64,000 nt of DNA from Rickettsia typhi. GTDB lineage: Bacteria > Pseudomonadota > Alphaproteobacteria > Rickettsiales > UBA1997. This document shows, piece by piece, positions 28,595 to 38,400 of this stretch (positions are counted from its first letter, which is position 1; each line of letters opens with the position of its first letter). The stretch lies in assembly GCA_945862535.1 (NCBI GenBank), contig CAMAYG010000002.1, positions 32,175-96,174 on the forward strand, in the 5' to 3' direction. The notes under the pieces are model-generated. The model did not search any database. It had not been told where the DNA came from and was given only the letters and a program-made list of their open reading frames with translations. Position numbers and translations under genes: made by a program.

Positions 28595-28749
28595 CCGATA
28601 CCATAACTTACTCTAAATAATTTTGTAAAAATCCTATAAACCTGCTTGCAAATAAAAATTAACATTATAATTTTGCCGTTGTTATTTACGAGCGAAATCA
28701 TCTCTTAAAATAGCATTAATCACCCTTATTAACCAATATTGCCATCACC

Positions 28750-30363
28750 GTGGTTTCATCTATTAAAACCTTTGCTTTCGTTGGAATTGAAGCAACAGAA
28801 GTTCAAGTTCAAGTCAAAATCTCTACTGGCATTGTTGCTTTTACTATCGTCGGCCTCCCCGATAAATCTCTTGCCGAATCTCGCGAAAGAGTTATTGCCG
28901 CAATATCGTCATTGGGCCTTGCCCTTCCCGGTAAAAGAATTACCGTTAATCTCGCTCCCGCAGACTTACAAAAAGAGGGGGTGCACTTCGACTTACCAAT
29001 TGCTATCGGCATTATGGTCGAAATGGGCATCATTACTCAAGAATCAGTCAATCAATATTTTATTTTGGGCGAACTAGCCTTAGATGGCTCAATTAGCAGT
29101 ATCAACGGAATATTAGCCGCCGCAATTACCGCCAATCAAAAGAAGTTGGGGCTTATATGCCCTGCAAATAATGGCACAGAGGCGGTTTGGGCTGGCAAAG
29201 ACCTAGAAATTATTGCTCCAAATAACTTACTTGCCCTTATCAACCATCTTAAAGGCGAAGAAAATGTCCCAAAGCCTGTAATAGACGGTCACAACAACAA
29301 TTTTATTCATAAAAATAATGGTGATTTTGCCGAGGTCAAAGGTAATATTCAGGCAAAAAGAGCGGTAGAAATTGCCGCTTCTGGCAATCATAACTTGCTA
29401 ATGATTGGCCCGCCCGGTTCTGGTAAATCTATGATCTCTAGCCGAATCCCTACAATATTGCCACCACTCAAACTTACAGAAATACTCGAAATTAACATCA
29501 TTCACAGTGTTAGCGGTAAAATTAGTGGCGGTAAATTAATTACCAATCGCCCTTTCCGCGAGGTTCATCACTCTTGCTCGATGCCGGCAATGGTTGGCGG
29601 TGGCACTAAGGCAAAACCAGGCGAAATCTCTCTTGCCCATAAGGGCATATTATTCCTCGACGAATTAGCCGAATTTTCGCAATCTACCCTAGAATCACTC
29701 AGGCAACCGATGGAAAGTGGCAAAGTAGATATATCTAGGGTTAATTCTCATATTACCTATCCTGCAGATTTTCAGCTCATTGCCGCCATGAATCCTTGTC
29801 GTTGTGGTTACTTAGGCAATCCAAAAAAAGAATGTCGCCGTGCCCCAATTTGTGGCGAAGAATATCAAAGAAGAATCTCTGGCCCAATATTCGACAGAAT
29901 CGATATTATTATTAATGTCGAACAGATAGATCCTTTCGACTCCACTATTTTTCACAAAAACGATAGTAGCGAAGATTCTGCCTCGATTCTTGCCCGAGTT
30001 GTCAATGCCCGTAAATCTCAGCAAATTCGTTATCAAAATCACTATAAATCTTCTACAAATAACAGCGATGCAAGCAATTGCAACAACAATGCCAACGAAC
30101 ATTCCTTAAACAAAGATTTTTCACACGAAGATTCTTTCATTTTAAACGGCAGATTAAGCGGAGAATTGCTTAATAAATTTTGTTTTATCGGCCCAGAACT
30201 TACTACGGTCCTACAAAATATTAGCAACAAACAACAATTATCGATGCGGGCAATTAATAAAATCTTACGGGTAGCAAGAACAATAGCCGATCTTGAGCAA
30301 TCAGAAGATATTGCCATAAATCACCTACTCGAGGCATCTAGTTATCGCTATCGCAGAGGCTAA
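28750..30363 (+). CDS. comM: YifB/ComM-family Mg-chelatase-like AAA+ ATPase
   Basis: 537 aa with a GTG start. Lon-protease-like N-domain, Walker A (GPPGSGKSM), Walker B (GILFLDELAEF), and a C-terminal ChlI-like region. It carries an N/S-rich insert near residue ~440. Confidence 0.85.
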   Translation: MVSSIKTFAFVGIEATEVQVQVKISTGIVAFTIVGLPDKSLAESRERVIAAISSLGLALPGKRITVNLAPADLQKEGVHFDLPIAIGIMVEMGIITQESVNQYFILGELALDGSISSINGILAAAITANQKKLGLICPANNGTEAVWAGKDLEIIAPNNLLALINHLKGEENVPKPVIDGHNNNFIHKNNGDFAEVKGNIQAKRAVEIAASGNHNLLMIGPPGSGKSMISSRIPTILPPLKLTEILEINIIHSVSGKISGGKLITNRPFREVHHSCSMPAMVGGGTKAKPGEISLAHKGILFLDELAEFSQSTLESLRQPMESGKVDISRVNSHITYPADFQLIAAMNPCRCGYLGNPKKECRRAPICGEEYQRRISGPIFDRIDIIINVEQIDPFDSTIFHKNDSSEDSASILARVVNARKSQQIRYQNHYKSSTNNSDASNCNNNANEHSLNKDFSHEDSFILNGRLSGELLNKFCFIGPELTTVLQNISNKQQLSMRAINKILRVARTIADLEQSEDIAINHLLEASSYRYRRG

Positions 30364-30563
30364 TAATATTTCCCAATAATAACAGCAATTAACAAAGCTT
30401 CAGTTAGTTTCTTACTTATTGGCTTGATTATTGGCTCTTTATTTACTAGGAAATTATTATTGCTCGTTAATTAGGTTGATAATCAATATTAGCTGTTGTG
30501 GCTTTAATTTTTGTCATGATTATGTAGTTATTAATGGTAAAAATTGGTGAAATTTTATTAACT

Positions 30564-30586
30564 AAAAGGCCTTCAAAAGCCTTTTT
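30564..30586 (+). terminator. weak hairpin plus T-run downstream of comM
   Basis: AAAAGGC, loop CTTCAAAA, GCCTTTT, then T. The stem is 7 bp. Confidence 0.3.
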
Positions 30587-30803
30587 AATATGATTTATTT
30601 AGGTTTTGATAGTTATTTAGTGCAGATTCTATGCCCTTAGATTATTGCAAATAGTTATTTTAGATTCAAGAATATTAAAGATTTATTTTGTTCGGCGAGG
30701 TATTTACTATCTACGGACCTTACAACGTCGTAAGCTTCGCGGTAGAAGGTGAAGACGGGGTTTTAGGCAGTTAAAATCGCTTTTCCTTGCGAACTTCTTC
30801 TAT

Positions 30804-30914
30804 CGTCATCCTGCACGAAGTTGCAGGATCCAGAGATTCCTAAATACATTTTAGCGAAGGTTTGTTTTTTGTTGATTTTATTGCCATGGATCCTGCGACT
30901 TCGCGCAGGATGAC
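30804..30914. repeat. palindromic element copy 1 (arm, AT-rich spacer, inverted arm)
   Basis: Arms are CGTCATCCTGCACGAAGTTGCAGGATCC (30804-30831) and GGATCCTGCGACTTCGCGCAGGATGAC (30888-30914). Each arm is itself a hairpin (ATCCTGC...GCAGGAT). Confidence 0.85.
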
Positions 30915-30981
30915 GGCGGGGGAGTTTTTGGGCAAGGTGACGAGCTGAGGCGGTTTTGTAGCCAATAAAACCTCGTTCATT

Positions 30982-31016
30982 CGGCAACAAGGGGTTTCAA
31001 CCCCTTGTCTCGTCAC
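30982..31016. repeat. CAAGGGG-loop-CCCCTTG hairpin unit; inverted partner at 31537-31571
   Basis: CGGCAACAAGGGGTTTCAACCCCTTGTCTCGTCAC compared with the reverse complement of GTGACGAGACAAGGGGTTAAAACCCCTTGCTGCCG. Confidence 0.8.
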
Positions 31017-31067
31017 GAAGGCGAGCAAAATGAAATCGACTGCAAAGTTATTAACGGCAGAATCGGT

Positions 31068-31123
31068 CCACCCTCGCATTCACCACAAGGGGTTAAAACC
31101 CCTTGTTGCCGACAATTTTCCAC
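31068..31123. repeat. ~55-nt inverted repeat, left copy (partner at 31364-31418)
   Basis: CCACCCTCGCATTCACCACAAGGGGTTAAAACCCCTTGTTGCCGACAATTTTCCAC matches the reverse complement of 31364-31418, apart from the hairpin loop. Confidence 0.9.
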
Positions 31124-31125
31124 GC

Positions 31126-31234
31126 CGTCATCTTCGCACAAGTCGCAGGATCCAAGGCAATGAAATCAATATTAAAGTGAACTCCGCTAAGTGTATTATA
31201 AATCCATGGATCCTGCAACTTCGTGCAGGATGAC
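31126..31234. repeat. palindromic element copy 2
   Basis: Arms are CGTCATCTTCGCACAAGTCGCAGGATCC (31126-31153) and GGATCCTGCAACTTCGTGCAGGATGAC (31208-31234). Confidence 0.85.
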
Positions 31235-31363
31235 AAGGGAGGTCGTGCAGGGTGAAGGCGGGAGGTCGCGCAGGGTGACAGGAGAGATCTCGCAGGGTGA
31301 CAAGGGAGCGAGTGCAGGGTGAAGGCGGGAGGTAGACCCTGCAACTTCGTGCAGGGTGACGAT
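31235..31363. repeat. about 5 degenerate tandem units of ~22-24 nt built on GCAGGGTGA
   Basis: GGGAGGTCGTGCAGGGTGAAGGC / GGGAGGTCGCGCAGGGTGACAGGA / GAGATCTCGCAGGGTGACAAG / GGAGCGAGTGCAGGGTGAAGGC / GGGAGGTAGACCCTGCAACTTCGTGCAGGGTGAC. Confidence 0.8.
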
Positions 31364-31418
31364 GTGGAAAATTGTCGGCAACAAGGGGTCTAGCCCCTTG
31401 TGGTGAATGCGAGGGTGG
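31364..31418. repeat. ~55-nt inverted repeat, right copy
   Basis: GTGGAAAATTGTCGGCAACAAGGGGTCTAGCCCCTTGTGGTGAATGCGAGGGTGG. Confidence 0.9.
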
Positions 31419-31438
31419 GCTGATTCTACTACTAATAA

Positions 31439-31542
31439 CCATCGCAGTCGATCTCTTTCCGTCCGTCATCATGACGCTGTTTACGGCAATTGACGAGGGC
31501 AACCCCATCGCAGTCGATCTCTTTCCGTCCGTCATCGTGACG
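31439..31542. repeat. 38-nt direct repeat x2 separated by 28 nt
   Basis: CCATCGCAGTCGATCTCTTTCCGTCCGTCATC[A/G]TGACG occurs at 31439-31476 and 31505-31542. Confidence 0.9.
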
Positions 31543-31613
31543 AGACAAGGGGTTAAAACCCCTTGCTGCCGACAGAAATAAGCTAGTCCCTATTCCTGCC
31601 GCACTCCCCACAA

Positions 31614-31790
31614 CCGTCATCCTTCGCGCGAAGCGAAAGCGAAGTCGCAGGATCTACCTTCTGCCGTCATCCTTGCGCGAAGCGAAAGCGAAGTCGCAGG
31701 ATCTAACTTCTGCCGTCATCTTCGCGCAAGTCGCAGGATCTACCTTCTGCCGTCATCCTGCGCGAAGCGAAAGCGAAGTCGCAGGATCTA
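31614..31790. repeat. tandem repeat, 4 units (50, 49, 37 and ~41 nt)
   Basis: CCGTCATCC(T)T(C)GCGCGAAGCGAAAGCGAAGTCGCAGGATCTACCTTCTG repeated head-to-tail. Unit 3 lacks the GAAGCGAAAGC insert. There are no unique spacers. Confidence 0.9.
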
Positions 31791-31833
31791 TTGATTTTAT
31801 TGCTCTGGACCCTGCGACTTCGCGCAGGGTGAC
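31750..31833. repeat. palindromic element copy 3
   Basis: Left arm is CCGTCATCCTGCGCGAAGCGAAAGCGAAGTCGCAGGATC and right arm is GGACCCTGCGACTTCGCGCAGGGTGAC. The spacer TTGATTTTATTGC is shared with copy 1. Confidence 0.8.
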
Positions 31834-32100
31834 AGGAGAGATCTCACAGGGTGACAAAGGAGGTCGTGCGAAGATGACGGGTTTTTCCAACCCTCCCCTT
31901 GAGGGAGGGTCGCAGAGCCAATAAATTGGCGATGCGGGGCGGGGTAAGAAGTATTTTCAACAAAATTAGGGCTAAAGTTGTGATGAGCTTTCTGACCCCT
32001 CCTTCGAAATTGCTAGCAATTTCGACCCTCCCCTTAATCATCTCTGGGGGAGGGTTAGAAACACTATGCTCTGCCTTCGAACCCCTCAAGGAGGGTTGCT

Positions 32101-35100
32101 TTAACTGCCTAAAACCACCTTTCTTTCTTCTTCATCTAATTGATATAAATCGCAAACCATTTCGTCGATTTTTGCCTCGAGTTCCTTTTGCCTTGCGGGC
32201 GGAAAATCTGGGTTATAATCTGGCTTATTGGTAATTGCTAAAATTTCGTCAACAATGGTTATGAATGGGGCTTGAGAGGCAGTGGGGATTTGAGGGATTG
32301 GGATTTGTTCGACATATTGATTTGAAAGCCTGTAACCAGTGGTTCCGTACTGATGGACATTTTTACTTACCCAGTATTTTACTAGTTTAGAGTTTAAAAT
32401 TGACAAAATGAACTTTCCCAACTCGCTACTAAAACTTGATAAAAAAGCCATACTATCAAGTACAAATTGACCGCTTGGAGATAAATAAAATGATGGCTCT
32501 TGAGTTATTCTTTGCCACACAATCTTCTCTTTTTCGAACTGTCCCAAATATTCATCTGTAGGATTATTATCTAGTTCTAACCAATGATGCTGACCATAGC
32601 CACCTTTATTGGTGCATTGTCCTCTTTTTTGAAGTTGATTTTGAAATTTTTGTAAATGAGCAAAAATTGCAGGATAATCTTTTTCTAAAAATTGATGTGA
32701 CAGATATTTAGCAATTATAATCCACAGCCCGGCCCATTTGGCACTATATCTCGAAATATCCCTGCCCCGCAAAATTGGCTTAATGATTTCTGCCGATTTT
32801 GGATCGGCAAAACATAATTCTTCTTTGGTTTTAGTGTCGATAATAAAGGCTTCGTTGAAACCCGTTTTAATGCCATAATTAATCTTAACATCCCAATCTT
32901 TTAATTTAACTCCGATTTTTTCGATTTTCGCTTTGATTTTAGCCTCTATTTGATTGGAAATAATCCAACTTTCACCGCTAAAATTTTGTAAATAAAGATG
33001 ATTTTTAGCAAGATAATCTTCGAGTTTTTGATTAGTTTTTGTTAAATTTTCTTTAATTGTCGAAGCAAAGCAATTAACGGCAACACTTGAATTATCTAGG
33101 TTTTGAGCATTGTTTTTTTGCAAAAGATTTTTTTGATATAGTAAAATATTGGTGTCGACCGTGGCAGTTTCAAAAACTCCCGGACCCAAATCAATTAGAA
33201 TTTTAGGATTGGTTTTTTGACTTAAAAAACTTCTTAATTTTTCGCCATAACCCGCTCGCATCCATTTATTAGAGGTAATAAATGCCAAATGAGCATTTGG
33301 CTTTAATAAAGACAAACCAAATTCGTAAAATAAACAATAAATATCGCCCGATTTAGCAAAAGATTCAAATTTAGATTTTTCATATATTTTTGCTAATTTT
33401 CCGCCATCTTTTTGCAATTGAATATAAGGCGGATTGCCAATTACAATATCAAAGCCCGCATTTTCGCCCGAAAAAACATCGGAAAATTCTAATTTCCACA
33501 GAAAAAATGGTTGCGAATTAGCTTGTTGTAATTTTTGAATTTCTAAGATTTTATCTTCTTTATTTTGGCTGGTTAATGTTGCCTCGATAAGCCGATATTT
33601 AAGCTGGTTAATTTCGCCTTTTAGCTGTGTTTTTTTGGCTTTGTCATTTTGGCTAAAATAATTTTTAATTTTATCTTGTAATTCAATTCTTTTATCGGAT
33701 ATTTTTTTAGCCGAGCCGTCAAATAAATCGGCAATTTCAACTACTTTTTGATTATCAAAAAGCTTGATTCCTTCATATTCTTCGAGCAAAGAATTGCCTT
33801 GCATGATTTTATGATCGAGATTTGGCAATGGAGATGGCTCTTCTTCCTCAACCACCAAGGCAAGCCAGAGGCGAAGTTTGGCAATTTCAACCGCACCAGA
33901 ATCGAGATCGACTCCATAAATAGAATTGGCAATCGTATGAAATTTTAAATCATATTCATCGCAATTTTTTGATAAAATTTTATTAATTTGCAAACGAGCA
34001 TTAACAATTTCATTTAACATGCCAAGCATAAAGGCACCAGAACCAACGGCAGGGTCGCAAACTTTAACATTTTCTAAAAGCGAATCGATTTTTAATGCCG
34101 AATTTTCAACACTTTCTAAAGATTTATTTTTAATAAAATTTGTTAATTGCTCTATCGGCAAATCGCTGTGATTATGTAAATAATTTATTAAAGTTTCTTG
34201 ACACATATAATGAACGATTTCGCGAGGTGTATAAAAGGCTCCCTTGCTTTTACGATCTTTAATTTCTAATAAATTTTCAAAAACCTTACCAAGCATTTCG
34301 GGGTCGACCGCAACTTCTTGCTCGAGAGGTTCGTTTTCGTTGACGGTAAAATTATAACGATCAAAAATATCTAAAATGCCATCGCCAATATCGCCTTCTG
34401 TGGTTTTTTGAGTGTTAGAAAATAAATTATTTGGCAAATGAAGATCTTGTTGCCAATCATAGCCATTGATTGGCTCGAACAAACCGCCATTTAAAAAGGG
34501 AAAGCGAAGGTTGTCAATTTTTTCATAAACTTGCATTTTATCATCGCGATTAACCGCCAAAGCCTCGTAAAATAAAGGCTCAAGACATTGCTTAAAAAAG
34601 TTTTTATTTTCTTTATTTTTGTCAAAATAATTTCTAAGAAAATTTTTATCGCCACTGCCCCAAGGCTTGCCATTCTTAACTCCAAACCAACCTTTTTTTT
34701 GCAAAAAATATAAAAAAACAATTTGTCCTAAAGTTTTTTTAGCAAAATTGATGGCAAAAATCTGCTTATTATCAAAATATTGTGCTAAAGCCTTATTATT
34801 TGCCAAAATTTGCTCGATTTGCTCTTTAAGTGTAAGAAATAATTCTTTATATCTTTTAAAAAATTCATCGGTAATGGTTTCAATATTAAATGCCTGTTCA
34901 ATTTCGGCAATTGTTGGCTTTTTATTTGATTCGAGAATTGGTTGAAACCGCGATTTTACAGTGTGTGAACCTTCATTTTTACCCAGCAAAAATGAATATC
35001 TTTTTGCCGAAGAAACCTTTTTTTTAACATCATAATTTTCATTTACAGCATATTCTAATTTAACTAAAGAAAATCGCCAATTTTCTTGGTCGCCAGCAAC

Positions 35101-35430
35101 AAAAGCAACAAGGGCATAATCTTGATAGGTTGCTTGTAGAACTTTAACAATAAAATCTCGTTGGAAAGTGCGAGAACGGCTAATTTCCTTGCCAGAAGCC
35201 AGATTCACAATAATGAGGCTAATATTTTTGCTATTTTTATCGACAAAATTACCAATAATTTTAGCAGAAGAAATAATTTGGCTATATGGCTCGTTGATGC
35301 TTATATTTTTTGGCTCTAAAGCAATTTCTTTGGCAAAAAGATTGTGGAGAAAGTTTGTAAAATTATCTTCGTTAAATTTTTCTTGATTAAAAGTTTTTTC
35401 TAAAATTTCTTTTGCTTCTTTGTAATTCAT
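32101..35430 (-). CDS. gamma-class N6-adenine DNA methyltransferase with a C-terminal target-recognition domain (Eco57I/Type IIG-Type III Mod-like), 1109 aa
   Basis: Motif order is GAFYTPREIV, then motif I (CDPAVGSGAFMLG), then motif IV (IGNPPYIQ). About 400 aa of TaqI-like specificity region follows. The ~350-aa N-terminal region has no nuclease motif I could recognise. Confidence 0.85.
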   Translation of the reverse strand: MNYKEAKEILEKTFNQEKFNEDNFTNFLHNLFAKEIALEPKNISINEPYSQIISSAKIIGNFVDKNSKNISLIIVNLASGKEISRSRTFQRDFIVKVLQATYQDYALVAFVAGDQENWRFSLVKLEYAVNENYDVKKKVSSAKRYSFLLGKNEGSHTVKSRFQPILESNKKPTIAEIEQAFNIETITDEFFKRYKELFLTLKEQIEQILANNKALAQYFDNKQIFAINFAKKTLGQIVFLYFLQKKGWFGVKNGKPWGSGDKNFLRNYFDKNKENKNFFKQCLEPLFYEALAVNRDDKMQVYEKIDNLRFPFLNGGLFEPINGYDWQQDLHLPNNLFSNTQKTTEGDIGDGILDIFDRYNFTVNENEPLEQEVAVDPEMLGKVFENLLEIKDRKSKGAFYTPREIVHYMCQETLINYLHNHSDLPIEQLTNFIKNKSLESVENSALKIDSLLENVKVCDPAVGSGAFMLGMLNEIVNARLQINKILSKNCDEYDLKFHTIANSIYGVDLDSGAVEIAKLRLWLALVVEEEEPSPLPNLDHKIMQGNSLLEEYEGIKLFDNQKVVEIADLFDGSAKKISDKRIELQDKIKNYFSQNDKAKKTQLKGEINQLKYRLIEATLTSQNKEDKILEIQKLQQANSQPFFLWKLEFSDVFSGENAGFDIVIGNPPYIQLQKDGGKLAKIYEKSKFESFAKSGDIYCLFYEFGLSLLKPNAHLAFITSNKWMRAGYGEKLRSFLSQKTNPKILIDLGPGVFETATVDTNILLYQKNLLQKNNAQNLDNSSVAVNCFASTIKENLTKTNQKLEDYLAKNHLYLQNFSGESWIISNQIEAKIKAKIEKIGVKLKDWDVKINYGIKTGFNEAFIIDTKTKEELCFADPKSAEIIKPILRGRDISRYSAKWAGLWIIIAKYLSHQFLEKDYPAIFAHLQKFQNQLQKRGQCTNKGGYGQHHWLELDNNPTDEYLGQFEKEKIVWQRITQEPSFYLSPSGQFVLDSMAFLSSFSSELGKFILSILNSKLVKYWVSKNVHQYGTTGYRLSNQYVEQIPIPQIPTASQAPFITIVDEILAITNKPDYNPDFPPARQKELEAKIDEMVCDLYQLDEEERKVVLGS

Positions 35431-35439
35431 AATTTAGGT

Positions 35440-38400
35440 TTAATTATTGTTAAAATAGCAAGATAAAATAACCTCTATTACTTGCTCTTGCTGTTGTTGT
35501 TTGTTAATTTGCGATTGATGAGGTTGCAAAAGATTTGGCGAAATATTATTTTTTAGCAACATCAAAAATTTAGCAGGATTGTTTAAAATATCTTTCTGTT
35601 TGTTGGTTTCTTTATTTATATTGCTACAACTTTGACTAGGAATATTGCCGTCTTGCAAAGATTCTTTTAGCGATGAAATAAATTCCTTTTCTTCTTCGTT
35701 AAAATTTTGCAAATCTTTAAATGAGGCTTTGATTGCCTCTAATAGCTTGGTCGTAGCTTTATTATTAGATCTATTGATAGAAACTCCCCGATCTTGGGCG
35801 ATTTCTTTGGCAAAAAACTCTTTATTAGTCGCTAAAAACTCAAAAAACTTATTGTCGAATTTAGCATTTTTTTCTTGCGGATCGGCTTTTAATTTTTCGG
35901 CGGTTTCAATAAAATCAAGCTCTTGCGGGATATTATTTTTTTGCTCACTAACAAGATAAAATTTTTGTAATTGCCCTTTTTTAATAAAGCTAATAAGCTC
36001 GCAATCTTGATTTTGTTGATTTTCTGGCTTGATTTTTGGTTTTCTGGCACATCGAGATTTTTTTGGCAATTTTTCAATTTTTTTAAATAGCTCCGGCTGT
36101 TCTTTTTCGATATTTTTAATAATTTGGCGATATTCATCTTCTTTAAGATATTCAATTTCTTCGTCGCTCTCGGGGCTAGTCATCATTTGCTCATATAATA
36201 GCCTTCCGTCAAGTTTATGCGATTTAATTTCTTCGTCATCGTTAAGTAATTGGCTATCGCTACCAAGCAAAGCATTAAAAGAGGCAATTTTGCTTTTTGC
36301 CGATTCTTCGAGCTTGATAACATCATTTGATTGCTTCGATGGAAAAAAGTTATAAATAAAAATTTTGTTAAATTTAGTGTCAATACGGTTAATTCTCCCA
36401 ACTCTTTGCATCATTCGTGCAGGGTTCCATGGCAAATCGTAATTTACCACTACATTGGCACGGTGCAAATTAACCCCTTCCGCCAAAACATCGGTGGTAA
36501 TTAAAATGTCAAAATCATCTTCAGGATTACTAGAATTGGCATCGAAATTTTGCAAAACTTTTTCTCGTTTTTTAGCATTATCAGAGCCTGCAAAGCCAAT
36601 AACTCTGTCGTTAAAATGGCTTTTTAATTCCTCTTCTAGATATTTGGCAGTTTCTTGCGATTCGGTAAAAATAATTGATTTTTCTGACTTGAAAGGCTTT
36701 TCTTTGGCGAGTTTGTCTTTGAAGGCAATAATTTTAGGGTCGCGACTAATCGACTGCCAATTATCGCGAATTTGCTTTAAAATTTCTAGATCTGCTTTTA
36801 ACTCTTCGCCTAATTCTAGATTAAAGTCTTTGGCATCGTATCTATCTGCCTTGTTGTTGTTAATTAGATCGTCAATTCTTTTATCTTCGCCCGCTTCTAG
36901 ATAGTCAAATATTTTTTGCGAATCTGATTTACTAACATAAACTTCGCCATTTTCATAGGCATTAATAAAGCCCTCATAAGACTTAATAAAACGATCGATA
37001 GTTTTTTTAAAGGCATCAATACTGCTTTCAAGCCTTTTAAATAATAGGGTTCTCATAAAACCTTTCATATTTTTGTTTTGACCTTCCGATCCTGTGGCCT
37101 TAGTTTTGTGTTTCGATAAAGGAATATAGCGAATATAGGTTAATTTATCTTTTATGGCAATTAGAGTTTCGTTAAAAATCTTGTCTTCGGCTTCGTTAAA
37201 TTCGTAATATATTGGCTTAGGATTCTCAACTTCCGGGAAGGTAATTTTTTGTTCCTTTAAATCATCGCCGTAACTTTTTAAAATCTGGGTGCGAGTTCGT
37301 CTAACCATTAGATATTTTAAAATTTTTTGTCTTATTTTTTTGGCATTTTCTTTGCTAATTTTAATATATTCTTCGGCATTTCCTTGGCGATCGAGGTTTT
37401 TTAGCCGATTTTCTAAGTCATCAAAAAACTCTTTCAACTTTTTACAATTGGGGATATTGCTATCAACTTCACTTTGAAAAAGTTTAATTTGCGAAAGTAA
37501 GTCGCTAGGGCGGTTGTTGTAGGGAGTAGCACTAATTAAAATTACTTTTTTTCCTCGACAAATCTCTGTGAGCTTTGGATAATTTTCGGTTTTTTCCGAG
37601 CGGAAACGGTGCGATTCGTCGATTAAAACAATATCGTAATTTTCGGTTTTTTCATTTTTAGTAATATCGTCTAAAAGCCCAAGAGAGTAGCATTTAAACT
37701 GCCGAGATTTGAAATGGAAATCTTCAAAAGCATTATGCCAACCGCCTTTGTTGTTTTTGTCAACTAAAGAAGGAGGGGCAATAATCAGCACCCTTTTATG
37801 GCCATTTTCAATTAATCTTTTACAGAGCATTGTGCCCATATAGGTTTTACCAAGCCCCACGACATCGGACAAAAACACTCCTTTATATTGATTTATAATT
37901 CTAAAGGCACTATTTACCGCATCTTGTTGATATTGGAGTTGCTTAAAATTTGTAGGATATTCAGAAAATTCTTCGTTGTGGTTTTGAAAATCTTCTTTAA
38001 AATATTCATAAAGAAATTTTAAATAAATTTCATAAGGGGTAATGTGGTCATTAAGCCAAGTTTTAGTAGTGATGTTATCAATAAAATCTTGCGATATTTC
38101 GCTTGAATCTTGCCATAATTCGGCAAATTGGCTCGAAGCAAATTGCAAATCGGCATCGTCTTTTAGCTCGACATTAAATTCTCTTTGAGTAACTAAACCA
38201 CTTTCCGAAAAGTTGCTTGAGCCAGTAATTACTTTGCCCCGGCTATCTTGCCCCGCTTTAAAATGAAAAATATAGACTTTGGCATGTAGCCTGCCCTTGC
38301 TATAAGCCCTAATTTCTAATTTTTTACTTCTGATAAATTTAATAAGTTTTCGTGCCGATTCTTCAAGATCTTGCTCGTTTTCGTCTTGCAAGGCCTGATT

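Larger units (their letters stand above)
30757..32100. repeat. 1.35-kb GC-rich block of nested inverted repeats, palindromic units and tandem repeats (MITE/REP-like); non-coding
   Basis: At least four repeat families were read by eye; see the sub-features. Its base composition differs clearly from the flanking DNA. All ORFs here overlap on both strands and follow the repeat periodicity. Confidence 0.9.

Noticed and set aside
28245-28616. 95-aa antisense and 103-aa alternative-frame ORFs over the tail of the giant gene
   Set aside because: They are generated by the CAATCGCGGTGG microsatellite and CAA-rich DNA, and are fully contained in the long ORF.
28750-30363. comM as a disrupted integration site for the downstream island (as in some comM-targeting genomic islands)
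   Set aside because: The comM reading frame is complete, from its N-terminal Lon-like domain to the C-terminal region. The repeats and island lie downstream of it, not inside it, and no integrase is present.
31614-31790. Possible CRISPR array (regularly spaced ~50-nt GC-rich repeats with internal dyad symmetry)
   Set aside because: The units abut head-to-tail with no unique spacers, the whole period is repeated, and no cas genes are in the window. It is a tandem repeat of a palindromic element.
30763-32234. Eleven ORF-track entries (62-135 aa) on both strands inside the repeat block, for example 31128..31535 (-) and 31673..31924 (+)
   Set aside because: They overlap one another in several frames. 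Their sequences simply mirror the DNA repeats (for example MTDGKRSTAM twice). Their GC-rich composition differs from all confident genes, and none has a motif. They are treated as artefacts of stop-poor GC-rich DNA.
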